Shown: positions 30,601 to 40,647 of the stretch, piece by piece
Layout: every line of letters begins with the position of its first letter
Numbering within the stretch: the stretch's first letter is position 1
Assembly: GCA_030765505.1 (NCBI GenBank)
Contig: JAVCCL010000020.1
Span: 28,538-92,537 of the forward strand
DNA length: 64,000 nt
Source of the DNA: Candidatus Kaelpia imicola
GTDB lineage: Bacteria; Omnitrophota; Gorgyraeia; Kaelpiales; Kaelpiaceae
Direction of reading: 5' to 3'
Made by a program: the position numbers and the translations under genes
Notes under the pieces: model-generated
What the model saw: only the letters and a program-made list of their open reading frames with translations
Told to the model about the DNA's origin: nothing
Databases searched by the model: none

Positions 30601-30621
30601 TTTTATTTAGGTTATTTTTGA

Positions 30622-31107
30622 TTAATTTTTGCTTGGAGAGATAATCTCTGTTTTAGAAAGATAGTTCCAGCGCCAGGCTTCTTGGGCGATAGATTTAAGA
30701 TGAGATATCGAGCCAGGTTGATATTCTATCTTCCAGTCTCTAATTGTCCCTTCTTCACTAAGTTCACCGATTGGAGTATATGGAGAGTTTAAAATATTGC
30801 GTAAGTTTTCGTCTTTGATATCAATTGTTAAATTACCTCTTTTTAATAAAGCAGAGCCAATATATTTACCCTGCTCTAGGCTGTCGGGTTCTAATTCCCA
30901 GAAATCTATCTTTATAATCCTATAATTATCAAATTTCTCTACTATTGAATGAAGATTTTTCTGTATCTCGATTTTATTTTCAGCTAAGCTTGCTAAAATA
31001 TTAGCAACTTTGACCCGTTCAGCAGATATTAAGTCTATAAAATTAAGAAGAGCTATATATACTGCTAAAAGGAATGCTATCGACAATATGTTGAATTTTC
31101 GTACCAT
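30622..31107 (-). CDS. Hypothetical protein with N-terminal signal/TM anchor
   Basis: 161-aa ORF filling the gap between tRNA-Thr and hisH, hydrophobic N-terminus, own TTGACA-17-TAATAT promoter. Confidence 0.7.
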   Translation of the reverse strand: MVRKFNILSIAFLLAVYIALLNFIDLISAERVKVANILASLAENKIEIQKNLHSIVEKFDNYRIIKIDFWELEPDSLEQGKYIGSALLKRGNLTIDIKDENLRNILNSPYTPIGELSEEGTIRDWKIEYQPGSISHLKSIAQEAWRWNYLSKTEIISPSKN

Positions 31108-31114
31108 TTACTTT

Positions 31115-31143
31115 ATATTAAATTCATTGTTTGTTCTTGTCAA
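31115..31143 (-). promoter_or_regulatory. Sigma70 promoter for the 30622-31107 gene (leaderless geometry)
   Basis: Minus-strand TTGACA (31143-31138), 17 nt, TAATAT (31120-31115), 7 nt, ATG. Confidence 0.65.
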
Positions 31144-31173
31144 CTTAGATTTTATTTTATAATATCTTAAATC

Positions 31174-31821
31174 ATGCAATATATTGTTGTAATTGACTAT
31201 AATATGGGTAATCTACACAGCGTATCTAAGGCTTTAGAGAGAGTTGCTGAACCAGAAGGTTTTAGAGTTAAGGTAAGCAATGATAGGGGGGTTATATCTA
31301 GAGCTTCTGCGATTGTCTTTCCGGGTGTAGGTGCTTTTGGAAAAGGAATGGAGAATCTTAAAAGTTTTGGCTTAGCGGATGTTCTAAAAGAGAGAGTTAA
31401 AGAAAGAGTGCCTTTTCTTGGAATATGCTTAGGGCTTCAGCTTCTTTTTACAGAGAGCGAAGAGCACGGAAGCTTTAAAGGGCTTGATATTTTAGCTGGA
31501 GAGGTTATTGGATTCTCTAAAGGGGTTAAGGTTCCTCATATGGGATGGAATAGAGTGGAGCATATAGAGGAGGAGGAAATAAATAAAGGCTCGGGGTTGT
31601 TTAGAAATATTTTAGATAGAGATTATTTTTACTTTGTCCATTCCTATTTTGTCTTACCTGATGATAAAGATATTATTATTGCAAAAGTTGATTATGGAAA
31701 CAGTATTGCTGCAGCTGTAAATAAAGATAATATCTATGGTGTTCAGTTTCATCCCGAGAAAAGCGGAGATTCCGGAATAGCTCTATTTTCAAACTTTGTT
31801 GAAATAGTTAAAGGAGGTTGA
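31174..31821 (+). CDS. hisH: Imidazole glycerol phosphate synthase glutaminase subunit
   Basis: DYNMGNL, PGVGAF, GICLG, PHMGWN, YFVHSY, QFHPEKS. Confidence 0.96.
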   Translation: MQYIVVIDYNMGNLHSVSKALERVAEPEGFRVKVSNDRGVISRASAIVFPGVGAFGKGMENLKSFGLADVLKERVKERVPFLGICLGLQLLFTESEEHGSFKGLDILAGEVIGFSKGVKVPHMGWNRVEHIEEEEINKGSGLFRNILDRDYFYFVHSYFVLPDDKDIIIAKVDYGNSIAAAVNKDNIYGVQFHPEKSGDSGIALFSNFVEIVKGG

Positions 31822-31822
31822 G

Positions 31823-32584
31823 ATGCTTACGAAGAGAATAATACCCTGTCTTGATGTCAAAGACGGGCGGGTGGTTAAAGGTATCAACTTTGTTAATCTA
31901 AAAGACGCTGGAGACCCAGTAGAGCAGGCCAAAGTTTATAATAGTCAAGGTGCAGATGAATTAGTATTTCTTGATATTGCTGCCTCTTTTGAAAATAGAG
32001 GTCCTATGCTTGAGGTCATAACAAAAACAGCCGAACAGGTCTTTATCCCTTTGACGGTTGGAGGCGGAGTTAGAAGTATTGATGATATTAGAGAACTTCT
32101 TAGAGCCGGAGCCGATAAGGTCTCTATTAATACAGCAGCTGTTAAAGATCCAGGATTAGTTAAGGAGTCAGCCATTGAGTTTGGCAGCCAGTGTGTAGTT
32201 GTGGCTATAGATGCTAAAAAAGAGAAAGAGGGTAAATGGGAAGTCTATACCACCGGAGGAAGAACATCGTCTGGGCTGGATGCTATAGGATGGGCGAAGG
32301 AGATTGAAGAGTTGGGGGCAGGTGAAATTCTTTTAACCAGCATGGATAGAGACGGGACTAAAGACGGGTATGATTTAGAGTTGACTAAAAGAGTGGTGAC
32401 TGCGGTTAATATTCCTGTTATTGCCTCAGGAGGTGCTGGTAGTCTTGAACATCTCTATCAGGCGTTTAATGATACAGATTGCGATGCCGTTCTTGCAGCT
32501 TCAATATTTCATTATGGTGAATATACAATCAAAGAGGCTAAAAAATATCTCGAAGAGAAGGGGATTTCAATAAGATCTAATTAG
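31823..32584 (+). CDS. hisF: Imidazole glycerol phosphate synthase cyclase subunit
   Basis: [41 protein letters not shown]. Confidence 0.97.
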   Translation: MLTKRIIPCLDVKDGRVVKGINFVNLKDAGDPVEQAKVYNSQGADELVFLDIAASFENRGPMLEVITKTAEQVFIPLTVGGGVRSIDDIRELLRAGADKVSINTAAVKDPGLVKESAIEFGSQCVVVAIDAKKEKEGKWEVYTTGGRTSSGLDAIGWAKEIEELGAGEILLTSMDRDGTKDGYDLELTKRVVTAVNIPVIASGGAGSLEHLYQAFNDTDCDAVLAASIFHYGEYTIKEAKKYLEEKGISIRSN

Positions 32585-33695
32585 AGATACAATTCAATAT
32601 TGAACTTACTGCCTTAACCACAGCTCCTTTATCTCCCAACTTGATCTTGAAGTCGTTAAGTTTTTCTTTTAAGCTAAAATAATAATCTTCGTTTAGTAAT
32701 ATCTTTTCAAGATGTTTTGTTAGATTTTTGGGTCTTAACTTGTATTGAATAAGTTCAGGCATTGCCTCTTCTTTTAATATTAAATTGACCATTCCAACAT
32801 GCTTTACTCTAATCATTGGTTTAAGAATCAGATAGTTGATGAGCGATGTTTTGTATATTACAAGGAATGGATTACCTATAATCGCAGCTTCAAGAGTTGC
32901 GGTTCCTGAAGCTACTATCCCTAAATGGGAGTGGTATATTGCATTGTAGGTATCATCCGTGATTATTTTGAAAGAATTATTGATATCCTGGTCTAAATAT
33001 TTTTTTAAGTGTTTTGAAATTAGCAGCAAAGTATCTAATTCGTATTTCTTTGAAATTTCAGCTATAGATTTTTTTATTACAGATATATGTTTTTTAAACT
33101 CATTCTCTCTTGAACCTGGCATAAGAAATATTCTTCTTCTATTTTTATCTAATTGATATTTTTCTAAAAATGCGTCTTCTGTTAATTTGGGTTTTATTAT
33201 ATCTAGAAAAGGATGGCCTATAAACTCAACTTCAACTCCGAATCTATTGTAGAATTTTTTCTCGAATTCAAAAAATACAAACATCTTGTCGACATATCTT
33301 TTTATAATTTCTACTCTCTTTTCTCCCCAGGCCCAGAGTTGAGGGCTGATGTAATATATTGTCTTTATATTGAGTTTCTTGACCTCCTTAACAAGTTTAA
33401 GATTGAACCCTGGGTAATCTATGAATATAACAGCCTCTGGTTGCTCCTCTTTGATTTTGGTTAATATCTCATGAAATAGTTTTTTAAAGAAAGAGATATG
33501 CTTAATAACATCAAAAAAACCGACTACCGCGCTGGATGCTAAGTCATAATATATATTTACTCCAGCAGAGCGCATCTTCTCTCCGCCTAATCCATAGAAT
33601 TGAATCTCAGAGTCTCTATTCTTTATCTCATTAACTAAGAGGCTGCCGTGGAAATCCCCTGAGGGCTCACCTGCTACAATAAATATTTTCTTCAT
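32577..33695 (-). CDS. lpxB: Lipid-A-disaccharide synthase
   Basis: [35 protein letters not shown]. Confidence 0.95.
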   Translation of the reverse strand: MKKIFIVAGEPSGDFHGSLLVNEIKNRDSEIQFYGLGGEKMRSAGVNIYYDLASSAVVGFFDVIKHISFFKKLFHEILTKIKEEQPEAVIFIDYPGFNLKLVKEVKKLNIKTIYYISPQLWAWGEKRVEIIKRYVDKMFVFFEFEKKFYNRFGVEVEFIGHPFLDIIKPKLTEDAFLEKYQLDKNRRRIFLMPGSRENEFKKHISVIKKSIAEISKKYELDTLLLISKHLKKYLDQDINNSFKIITDDTYNAIYHSHLGIVASGTATLEAAIIGNPFLVIYKTSLINYLILKPMIRVKHVGMVNLILKEEAMPELIQYKLRPKNLTKHLEKILLNEDYYFSLKEKLNDFKIKLGDKGAVVKAVSSILNCISN

Positions 33696-33697
33696 AA

Positions 33698-34615
33698 TTA
33701 GCTGCGGGAGATTATTCGTTCTATTTTTAACGCTGTCTTTAAGGCTAGTCTTGCATCTTCTCCGGATACTTCTGGTTGATTTCTCTTTTTGACCGCATCC
33801 ATAAAGCTCTTGATTTCAAGCTGTAAGGGTTGCTCTTTTTCTATCTCTATCTGTTTTTTTATGATCTCTCCATTAACCTTACGGTAGATGTTAACTTCTT
33901 GATGCCTGTAATCTAAAGATATGTAGCAGTTCTCTTTGAAAATTCTTATTTTGCGTAGACTATCATCGGATATGCGGGAGGATGTTATATTACAGACAGT
34001 CTTATTTTTAAAGGTTATCCTGGCGTTTGCTATATCAGGATGGTCGGTCACTACTTTTAGCCCTGTTGCTTCAATCTTCTTTATCTTAGAAGAAACAAAC
34101 TGAAGAATTATATCAAGATCATGTATCATAAGATCAAGAACAACGCTAACATCCATCGATCTTTTACTGAAAGGACCTATCCTGTGGCATTCAATAAATT
34201 TAATCTCACCCGGAATATTCTCTATTGCAGTCAGCGCTTTATTAAATCTCTCTACATGACCAACCTGTAATATCCGTGATTTTTTTTTGGCGATTGCGAT
34301 TAAGTTCTCTGCTTCTTTTAGTTTTATTGTAATAGGTTTTTCTACCAATACGTCTACTCCGTTACTCAGAAATTCTTTTGCTATTGAGTAGTGTGTCGAG
34401 GTGGGGGTGGCTATGCTTACTGCGTCTACTTTAAAGAGCCCATCTCTAAAATTGTCTGAATACTCAGCTTTCAATTCAGATGCTAGATTTTTTGCTCTTG
34501 CCTCTACAACATCAGAAAGGAATTTTACTTCTACGTCGGGAAGCTGGGAATATATCTTACTATGAAACGTCCCCAGATGTCCTATACCTATAATACCAAC
34601 TCTTATTTTTTTCAT
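33698..34615 (-). CDS. Gfo/Idh/MocA oxidoreductase, GnnA-like
   Basis: GIGHLG Rossmann motif, VEKP, VGHVERFN, DLMIHDLD; 2 nt upstream of lpxB. Confidence 0.8.
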   Translation of the reverse strand: MKKIRVGIIGIGHLGTFHSKIYSQLPDVEVKFLSDVVEARAKNLASELKAEYSDNFRDGLFKVDAVSIATPTSTHYSIAKEFLSNGVDVLVEKPITIKLKEAENLIAIAKKKSRILQVGHVERFNKALTAIENIPGEIKFIECHRIGPFSKRSMDVSVVLDLMIHDLDIILQFVSSKIKKIEATGLKVVTDHPDIANARITFKNKTVCNITSSRISDDSLRKIRIFKENCYISLDYRHQEVNIYRKVNGEIIKKQIEIEKEQPLQLEIKSFMDAVKKRNQPEVSGEDARLALKTALKIERIISRS

Positions 34616-34622
34616 CTAAAGA

Positions 34623-34652
34623 ATTATAACCAACTTATGAAGAGCTGGTCAA
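34623..34652 (-). promoter_or_regulatory. Sigma70 promoter for the gnnA-like/lpxB operon (leaderless geometry)
   Basis: Minus-strand TTGACC, 18 nt, TATAAT, 7 nt, ATG 34615. Confidence 0.6.
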
Positions 34653-34721
34653 TCTGTTTATCTTTTCGGCAGCTTTTAATTCTCTTGTATTGGAATAGGT
34701 GGTTATTTTAAAATTATAAAG

Positions 34722-35486
34722 ATGAAAAACATTTATCTTAAAAGCATTGTCATAATATCTACTCTCTTTGTTCTATTTCAATATTTTAATCAACGGATTA
34801 ATTATCCTAGAGTAGCTCTTGTTGAAGAGGTTATAGATGGAGATACTATTTTGCTTGAGAGCGGGAGATTGCTCAGGCTTCTTGGCTTAAATACACCGGA
34901 GACCAAAATCAATATAGCCGGGGAATGGAAAGAGAAGAAGAGCATCTGGGGTGAGAGAGCCTATCTTTTCAGTGAGAACAGTCTCAAGAATAAGAATATC
35001 AGAATAGAGTATGACAGAGAGAAAAAGGATATATACGGAAGATTGCTAGGTTATGTTTTTTTAGAAGATAATTTTATAAATCAGGCTTTATTGAGCGAAG
35101 GGTTAGCTGTTATAGATATAAGGTACCCCAATTTTAAATACTTGGACCAGCTATCTTTGGTCTTTAAAGAGGCTAAAGAGCGCGGGAAGGGTCTTTGGTC
35201 CGATTTTAAAATAATAGGACCTAAAGATGTATCTGAATATGAAGGGGAGGTAATTGCTGTTGAAGGGAGAGTGATCGATGTTTATAATAGCGAGAAGCTT
35301 CTGTTCTTTCTTTTGCCTTCTGAGTTTAAATTTGTTATATTCAAAGAGGGTTCACCTTTTTTTAAAAATAAGGAATTAGTTGTTTTAAAAGGTGAGATCA
35401 TAAGAGTATCCGGCATGGTTAAAAGATATAAGGGGTCTTATCAGATGGTAATACACCATCCTTACCAATTGGAGGTTTTAAGATGA
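34722..35486 (+). CDS. Membrane-anchored thermonuclease (SNase-like) with probable C-terminal OB-fold
   Basis: N-terminal TM, VIDGDT, RLLGLNTPE, DIYGRLLGYV, GKGLW. Confidence 0.85.
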   Translation: MKNIYLKSIVIISTLFVLFQYFNQRINYPRVALVEEVIDGDTILLESGRLLRLLGLNTPETKINIAGEWKEKKSIWGERAYLFSENSLKNKNIRIEYDREKKDIYGRLLGYVFLEDNFINQALLSEGLAVIDIRYPNFKYLDQLSLVFKEAKERGKGLWSDFKIIGPKDVSEYEGEVIAVEGRVIDVYNSEKLLFFLLPSEFKFVIFKEGSPFFKNKELVVLKGEIIRVSGMVKRYKGSYQMVIHHPYQLEVLR

Positions 35487-36409
35487 GGGATGTTGCGGTT
35501 ATTGGTTTAGGTCCTAGCGGTATGACAGCAGCTCTTTATCTCACTCGTTCTAAGTTGGATATTCTATGTTTTGAAAAGACATCTCCTGGCGGGCAGATTG
35601 TTATGACTGATAATATAGAGAACTATCCCGGTTTTCCTAAAGGTATATCCGGATATGAACTAGCTGAACTTTTCAAGAAACAACTTCAGATTTACCCCGT
35701 TGAAATAAAGAGCGAAGAGGTTATCGCTATTGAAAGAAAAGGTAATCTTATTATTAAAACTCTTTCTTCTGATTATGAGGTACTGAGTGTTATAGTTGCA
35801 GCAGGGGCCTATCCTAGAAGGTTAAGTATCAAGGGGGAGGATATCTTTACCGGTCGCGGTGTCTCATATTGTGCCACATGTGATGCTAATTTCTTTAAAG
35901 GTAAGAGAGTAGCTGTATTAGGCGGGGGTGACTCTGCTGTTGAGGAGGCTATATTTCTTTCCAAGTTTGTAGAGAAGTTATATCTCATACATCGCAGAGA
36001 GAGGTTGAGAGCTGTGGGCGTACTTCAGGATAAGATGGCAGCTCTTACTAATGTGGAGTTTGTTTTAGACAGTGTCATAGAAGAGATAGGCGGCGATTCT
36101 AAGGTAGGTTTTATTCAGATAAAGAATTTAAAGACCGCAAATAGTAAAAGAATAAATTTAGACGGTGTTTTTATCTTTGCAGGCTATACTCCAAATACCC
36201 AGTTTTTGAAAGAGTTTTTGCAATTAGATTCAGAAGGTTATATAATCGCTGTAGATAATTTCAAAACTTCGATAGAGGGAGTCTTTACTGCAGGCGATGT
36301 GAGGAGCGGTTCTCTTAAGCAGGTTATCTCTGCTTCCGGGGAAGGTGCTCATGCGGCGGTTAAAGTTTCAAAGTATTTAGATAAGATAAAAGGAGTCTCT
36401 TATGATTAA
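35483..36409 (+). CDS. trxB: Thioredoxin-disulfide reductase
   Basis: GLGPSG, ENYPGF, SYCATCD, GGGDSAVEEA, AGDVR. Confidence 0.95.
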   Translation: MRDVAVIGLGPSGMTAALYLTRSKLDILCFEKTSPGGQIVMTDNIENYPGFPKGISGYELAELFKKQLQIYPVEIKSEEVIAIERKGNLIIKTLSSDYEVLSVIVAAGAYPRRLSIKGEDIFTGRGVSYCATCDANFFKGKRVAVLGGGDSAVEEAIFLSKFVEKLYLIHRRERLRAVGVLQDKMAALTNVEFVLDSVIEEIGGDSKVGFIQIKNLKTANSKRINLDGVFIFAGYTPNTQFLKEFLQLDSEGYIIAVDNFKTSIEGVFTAGDVRSGSLKQVISASGEGAHAAVKVSKYLDKIKGVSYD

Positions 36410-36430
36410 ACATTTTAAAGGAGGATTAAT

Positions 36431-36745
36431 ATGCAAGAAGTAAATGCGGACAACTTTAAAAATGAAGTTTTAGAATCACCAGTTCCTGTTTTGGTCGATT
36501 TCTGGGCTCCCTGGTGTGGGCCCTGTAAAATGATCAGCCCTATACTTGATGAAGTGGCTGCTGATTTTGAAGGTAGGGTTAAATTTTCAAAACTCAATGT
36601 TGATGAGAATACTCAAGCAGCTGCTGATTATGGAATTATGAGTATACCGGCGTTAATTCTTTTTAAAGAGGGAAGACCGGCTGCCCAGATTGTAGGTGTT
36701 CAATCGAAAGAAGGAATAGCAAAATTCCTTAAAACCAATGCTTAA
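36431..36745 (+). CDS. trxA: Thioredoxin
   Basis: DFWAPWCGPC, SIP; AGGAGG SD. Confidence 0.97.
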   Translation: MQEVNADNFKNEVLESPVPVLVDFWAPWCGPCKMISPILDEVAADFEGRVKFSKLNVDENTQAAADYGIMSIPALILFKEGRPAAQIVGVQSKEGIAKFLKTNA

Positions 36746-37098
36746 GGGATATCTCTTAAAAGTTTTTTCAAGATAGAACATGGTTCTACTATCTACATGA
36801 CTTGCGCCTATATTCTCTTTATACAACCAACTGTTATATCTGGATTTCGGAGCTGTCATAGTTGCAGCTGCGATATCTTCTTTTCTTGCAACTCTCTTTG
36901 TGAGGTTCTTGCTAATCACTCGATAGCGATAGATCCTGCTATAGACAATATGTATTAATATAGGAATTTTCTGATAGATTGCACTTGGTGCCGATCTTAT
37001 ATTAGGATGTATCTTTCTTCTGCTCTCTCTTTTTCTATTTACGAGATTCTTTATCGATATAGTCCCTGATTTAAAAACCCCCTTCTTTAGTTTTCTCC

Positions 37099-37158
37099 TT
37101 GACAGGGTACCTTGTAGTTCATAGAATACACTTAGTGGCATAAAGTGGAGCAAAGTGG
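37099..37158 (+). promoter_or_regulatory. dcw promoter with three MraZ-binding repeats
   Basis: TTGACA 37099-37104, 17 nt, TAGAAT 37122-37127; AGTGG direct repeats at 37134, 37144 and 37154 (10-nt period) just upstream of mraZ. Confidence 0.85.
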
Positions 37159-37161
37159 AAT

Positions 37162-37599
37162 ATGTTTTACGGAGAATATGAACACAATCTGGATGAAAAG
37201 GGTAGAGTGGTCTTGCCGGCCAAATTCAGGCAGTTAGCCAAGAAAAAAATAATTAAAAAGTTTTACCTTACGCGTGGTATGGAGAGGTGTCTCTTCCTTT
37301 TCTCCGAAAGTGAATGGAGGGGGCAGGAGGATAAGTTTAAAGCTCTCTCTATTATGAAAAAAGACGCCCGGAGTTTTAACAGAATATATTTCTCCGGAGC
37401 AACTGAGATAACACCTGATTCTCAGGGCAGGTTTTTAATACCGTCTTATCTTAAGAATTATTCTGGGATTAAGAGAGAACTTGTTGTTATAGGAGTCTCA
37501 AGCAGGATAGAGATATGGGCTAAGTCTAAGTGGGATGAATTCTGCAGAACAGAGCTTAAGAATTTTGAAGATATAGCCGAAGAGCTTATTGAGGAATGA
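37162..37599 (+). CDS. mraZ: Division/cell wall cluster repressor MraZ
   Basis: MFYGEYEHNLDEKGRV, DSQGRFLIP, RIEIW. Confidence 0.96.
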   Translation: MFYGEYEHNLDEKGRVVLPAKFRQLAKKKIIKKFYLTRGMERCLFLFSESEWRGQEDKFKALSIMKKDARSFNRIYFSGATEITPDSQGRFLIPSYLKNYSGIKRELVVIGVSSRIEIWAKSKWDEFCRTELKNFEDIAEELIEE

Positions 37600-37622
37600 A
37601 TACTTTATTAAAAGAGGTAATT

Positions 37623-38564
37623 ATGGATGAGAGAAACAGAACCGAGCATACCCCTGTCATGCTGAATGAGTCTATAGATTTCATGAATCTTAAAGCGGGT
37701 GATGTCGTAGTAGATTGTACGGTTGGTATGGGTGGACATTCAGAGAGAATACTGGAATCTATATTACCCGGAGGGAAGCTTATTGCAATAGATAGAGACT
37801 CTGAAAGCTTGAAGATGGCCCAGGAGAGGCTTTCTCGCTTTAAAGGCAGCTTCTATATTTTTAATGACAATTTTACAAATATAAAACAGATACTTCGTTC
37901 TTTAAATATAGAGAAGGTGGATGCTGTTTTGTTTGACCTGGGAATATCCTCTTACCAGCTTGAAGGCAATAGAGGGTTTAGTTTTAAAAGAGATGCATTT
38001 TTAGATATGCGCATGGATACCGGGAGTAAGTTGACCGCTTATGATATAGTCAACTACTATTCCGAAAGGGAGATTTCAAGGATTCTGAAAGTTTTTGGAG
38101 AAGAGAGGTATCATCAGCGTATTGCACATGGGATTATTTTAGCCAGAAAAGAGAAGGCGATAGAGACTACCAAAGAGCTTTCAGGGATAGTCTTAAAAGC
38201 AGTCCCGTATTCCTATGTAAATAGAAGGATTAACCCTGCTACACGGACTTTTCAAGCATTGCGTATAGCCGTTAATAGAGAACTGGAGAGCATTTTTACG
38301 GCAGTTAAAGATGCGATAGATCTTTTGCTTCCAGAGGGAAGGATAGTTGTAATAAGTTTCCATTCCCTAGAGGATAGAATCATAAAACGTACTTTCAGGG
38401 ATTTTCAGAAAGATGGACATTTACAACCCCTTATCTCCAAACCGCTGATTCCTTCTCCTCTGGAGGTTGATATTAACCCCAGGTCAAGAAGTGCTAAATT
38501 GCGTGCAGGCAAAAAATGTAAAAATTCAGATCTAAATTTATTTTTGAAAATATTTATGTTATGA
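37623..38564 (+). CDS. rsmH: 16S rRNA m4C1402 methyltransferase RsmH (MraW)
   Basis: HTPVM, DCTVGMGGHS, DLGISS, LDMRMD, RTFQALRIAVN, SFHSLEDR, NPRSRSAKLR; ATG 37623 follows GAGG (ORF track starts at 37596). Confidence 0.96.
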   Translation: MDERNRTEHTPVMLNESIDFMNLKAGDVVVDCTVGMGGHSERILESILPGGKLIAIDRDSESLKMAQERLSRFKGSFYIFNDNFTNIKQILRSLNIEKVDAVLFDLGISSYQLEGNRGFSFKRDAFLDMRMDTGSKLTAYDIVNYYSEREISRILKVFGEERYHQRIAHGIILARKEKAIETTKELSGIVLKAVPYSYVNRRINPATRTFQALRIAVNRELESIFTAVKDAIDLLLPEGRIVVISFHSLEDRIIKRTFRDFQKDGHLQPLISKPLIPSPLEVDINPRSRSAKLRAGKKCKNSDLNLFLKIFML

Positions 38565-38911
38565 ACAGAAGCGATATTTTTTATCTAAAAAATATTTTCG
38601 CAGTGTTTGTTCTGACTTTAATGAGTTTTTTTTATTTAGAACAGAGAATGTCTTTAATCAAAGAGAATTATTGGGAAGCAAGGTTTCAGAACATATTAAG
38701 AGAAGAGGTGGTAAAGAATGAAGAGCTTACATATAAGGTTGCGGGATTGGAGACCCCTTCTATGCTGGAGGAGAGACTTTTGGTTTTAAAGCCCGACTTT
38801 AGTTTTGCCAAGTCGGTAAGAGTGGTTAGAATTCCTTATCAGAGAATAGATGGAGATAAAGAGGAATACAATGTAAGCGGTAGAATATCTTTTGCCGGTG
38901 AAATTCCCTAA
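38561..38911 (+). CDS. ftsL: FtsL-like bitopic division protein
   Basis: Short ORF with one TM and a coiled coil between rsmH and ftsI; assigned by position. Confidence 0.6.
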   Translation: MNRSDIFYLKNIFAVFVLTLMSFFYLEQRMSLIKENYWEARFQNILREEVVKNEELTYKVAGLETPSMLEERLLVLKPDFSFAKSVRVVRIPYQRIDGDKEEYNVSGRISFAGEIP

Positions 38912-38928
38912 AAAATTTTAAGACTAAA

Positions 38929-40647
38929 TTGCTTGATGTCAAAGTTTTAAAACTAAGATTTTTCCTCTTTTTACTTTTTGTTTTAATACTCGGAAAATTG
39001 GTTTACCTGCAGTTAATAAAAGGAGATCAGTTTTACCAGATAGCTCTGCAGCAACAGGAGAAATATTTGATAGTCAGAGGGGAGAGAGGTAAGATTTTCG
39101 ATTCTTGCGGCAGAGTTTTTGCTATGGATAGAAACATTTATTCAATATTTGCTGATCCAAACAGGGTATCTGATAAAAAAGCGGCTGCTATTAAAATAGC
39201 AGCTGTGCTTGGTATGGATTTTGAGTTAGTTTCAGAAAGATTGAATAAGGACTGCATGTTTATATGGCTTAAGAGGGGTTTAGAACATGGTAAGGCTCAA
39301 GAGTATCTTAAGGAGATTGACTTAAGCGGCTTGGGAATTAAAGTTGAGAGAAAAAGAGTATATCCTCACAATACTCTTGCTTCCCAGGTGTTGGGTGCAG
39401 TTGATATTGATAATAGAGGTATATCCGGTCTGGAGTTTCATTATAATGATATCTTAGAAGGGGCTGAAGGGTATAGGCTTACTTTAGGTGACGGGAAAAA
39501 TTTGATTCTAAGTGGGTTTACGACGACTTATATACCTCCTAAAAACGGTAATGCATTAGTACTTACAATAGATCAAGTCTTACAGCATTATGCCCAGGAA
39601 GAAGCCAGACAGATTTATGAGAAATATAAAGCCAAGAGGGTCTCTATTGTTATTATGGACCCTTACAAAGGAGATATACTCTCTCTTGTAAATATTCCAA
39701 CTTTTAACCCTAATAAGATAACCGATGCTGATTTAAGCAATATGAGAAATTTTGCTATTTCAGATCTTTTTGAGCCTGGTTCGGTTTTTAAAGTTATTAC
39801 AGCTGCTGCTCTTTTAGATCAAGGACTCCTAAGATTAGAGGATAGGGTTTATTGCGAGAATGGAAGTTATAAAATTGGTAGAAGAATATTACATGATTAT
39901 CATGCCTACGGAGATTTAGATTTTAAATCTGTAATAGTTTACTCAAGTAATATTGGGGTGGCAAAATCGGTAATAAAGATGGATAGATATGAATTCTATA
40001 AATATCTGAAGATTTTTGGTATCGGTGAACCTACAGGTATAGATCTGCCTGGGGAGTCTGGGGGTATATTGAGAGAGCCTGGCAGTTGGTCTGATTATAG
40101 CCAAGTATCTATTGCAATGGGTCAAGAGGTAGCTGTTAATTGTTTGCATCTTGGTAAGATTATGAGCATAATAGCTAATGGAGGCTATTCCGTGGAACCT
40201 CACATAGTCAAAGAGGTGAGGGATGAGAATGGGTTTAAAGTAAGAAGCATAAATCCTTCCAAGGGTGAGAGAATATTAAGTCCGGAGGTTGCAAAGGAGA
40301 TGCAGCTTCTATTGCAGGAAGCGGTTGAGAGTGGTACCGGCAGATATGCCAAAAGCAGCCTTTATAGTATAGCTGGTAAGACAGGCACAGCCCAAAAGGC
40401 TAACCTGAAAGACGGGGGATATTATAAGAATAGATATGTTGCTACATTCATGGGTTTTATTCCGGTTGAAGAGCCTAAGATTGTAATCGTGGTAACAGTG
40501 GATGAGCCTCAGCCTTTACATTTTGGAGGCGTAGTATCTGCTCCGGTGTTTAAAAATATAGCAGAGAAGGCAATGTTGTATTTAATGGTTTCTGAAAACA
40601 AGAGAGAGGTTTCTGATGCAGTTAAGCAGGGTTTTATCTGGAATTGA
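38929..40647 (+). CDS. ftsI: Class B penicillin-binding protein FtsI/PBP2-type
   Basis: N-terminal TM, RGKIFD, EPGSVFK (SxxK), SSN (SxN), KTGT. Confidence 0.92.
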   Translation: MLDVKVLKLRFFLFLLFVLILGKLVYLQLIKGDQFYQIALQQQEKYLIVRGERGKIFDSCGRVFAMDRNIYSIFADPNRVSDKKAAAIKIAAVLGMDFELVSERLNKDCMFIWLKRGLEHGKAQEYLKEIDLSGLGIKVERKRVYPHNTLASQVLGAVDIDNRGISGLEFHYNDILEGAEGYRLTLGDGKNLILSGFTTTYIPPKNGNALVLTIDQVLQHYAQEEARQIYEKYKAKRVSIVIMDPYKGDILSLVNIPTFNPNKITDADLSNMRNFAISDLFEPGSVFKVITAAALLDQGLLRLEDRVYCENGSYKIGRRILHDYHAYGDLDFKSVIVYSSNIGVAKSVIKMDRYEFYKYLKIFGIGEPTGIDLPGESGGILREPGSWSDYSQVSIAMGQEVAVNCLHLGKIMSIIANGGYSVEPHIVKEVRDENGFKVRSINPSKGERILSPEVAKEMQLLLQEAVESGTGRYAKSSLYSIAGKTGTAQKANLKDGGYYKNRYVATFMGFIPVEEPKIVIVVTVDEPQPLHFGGVVSAPVFKNIAEKAMLYLMVSENKREVSDAVKQGFIWN

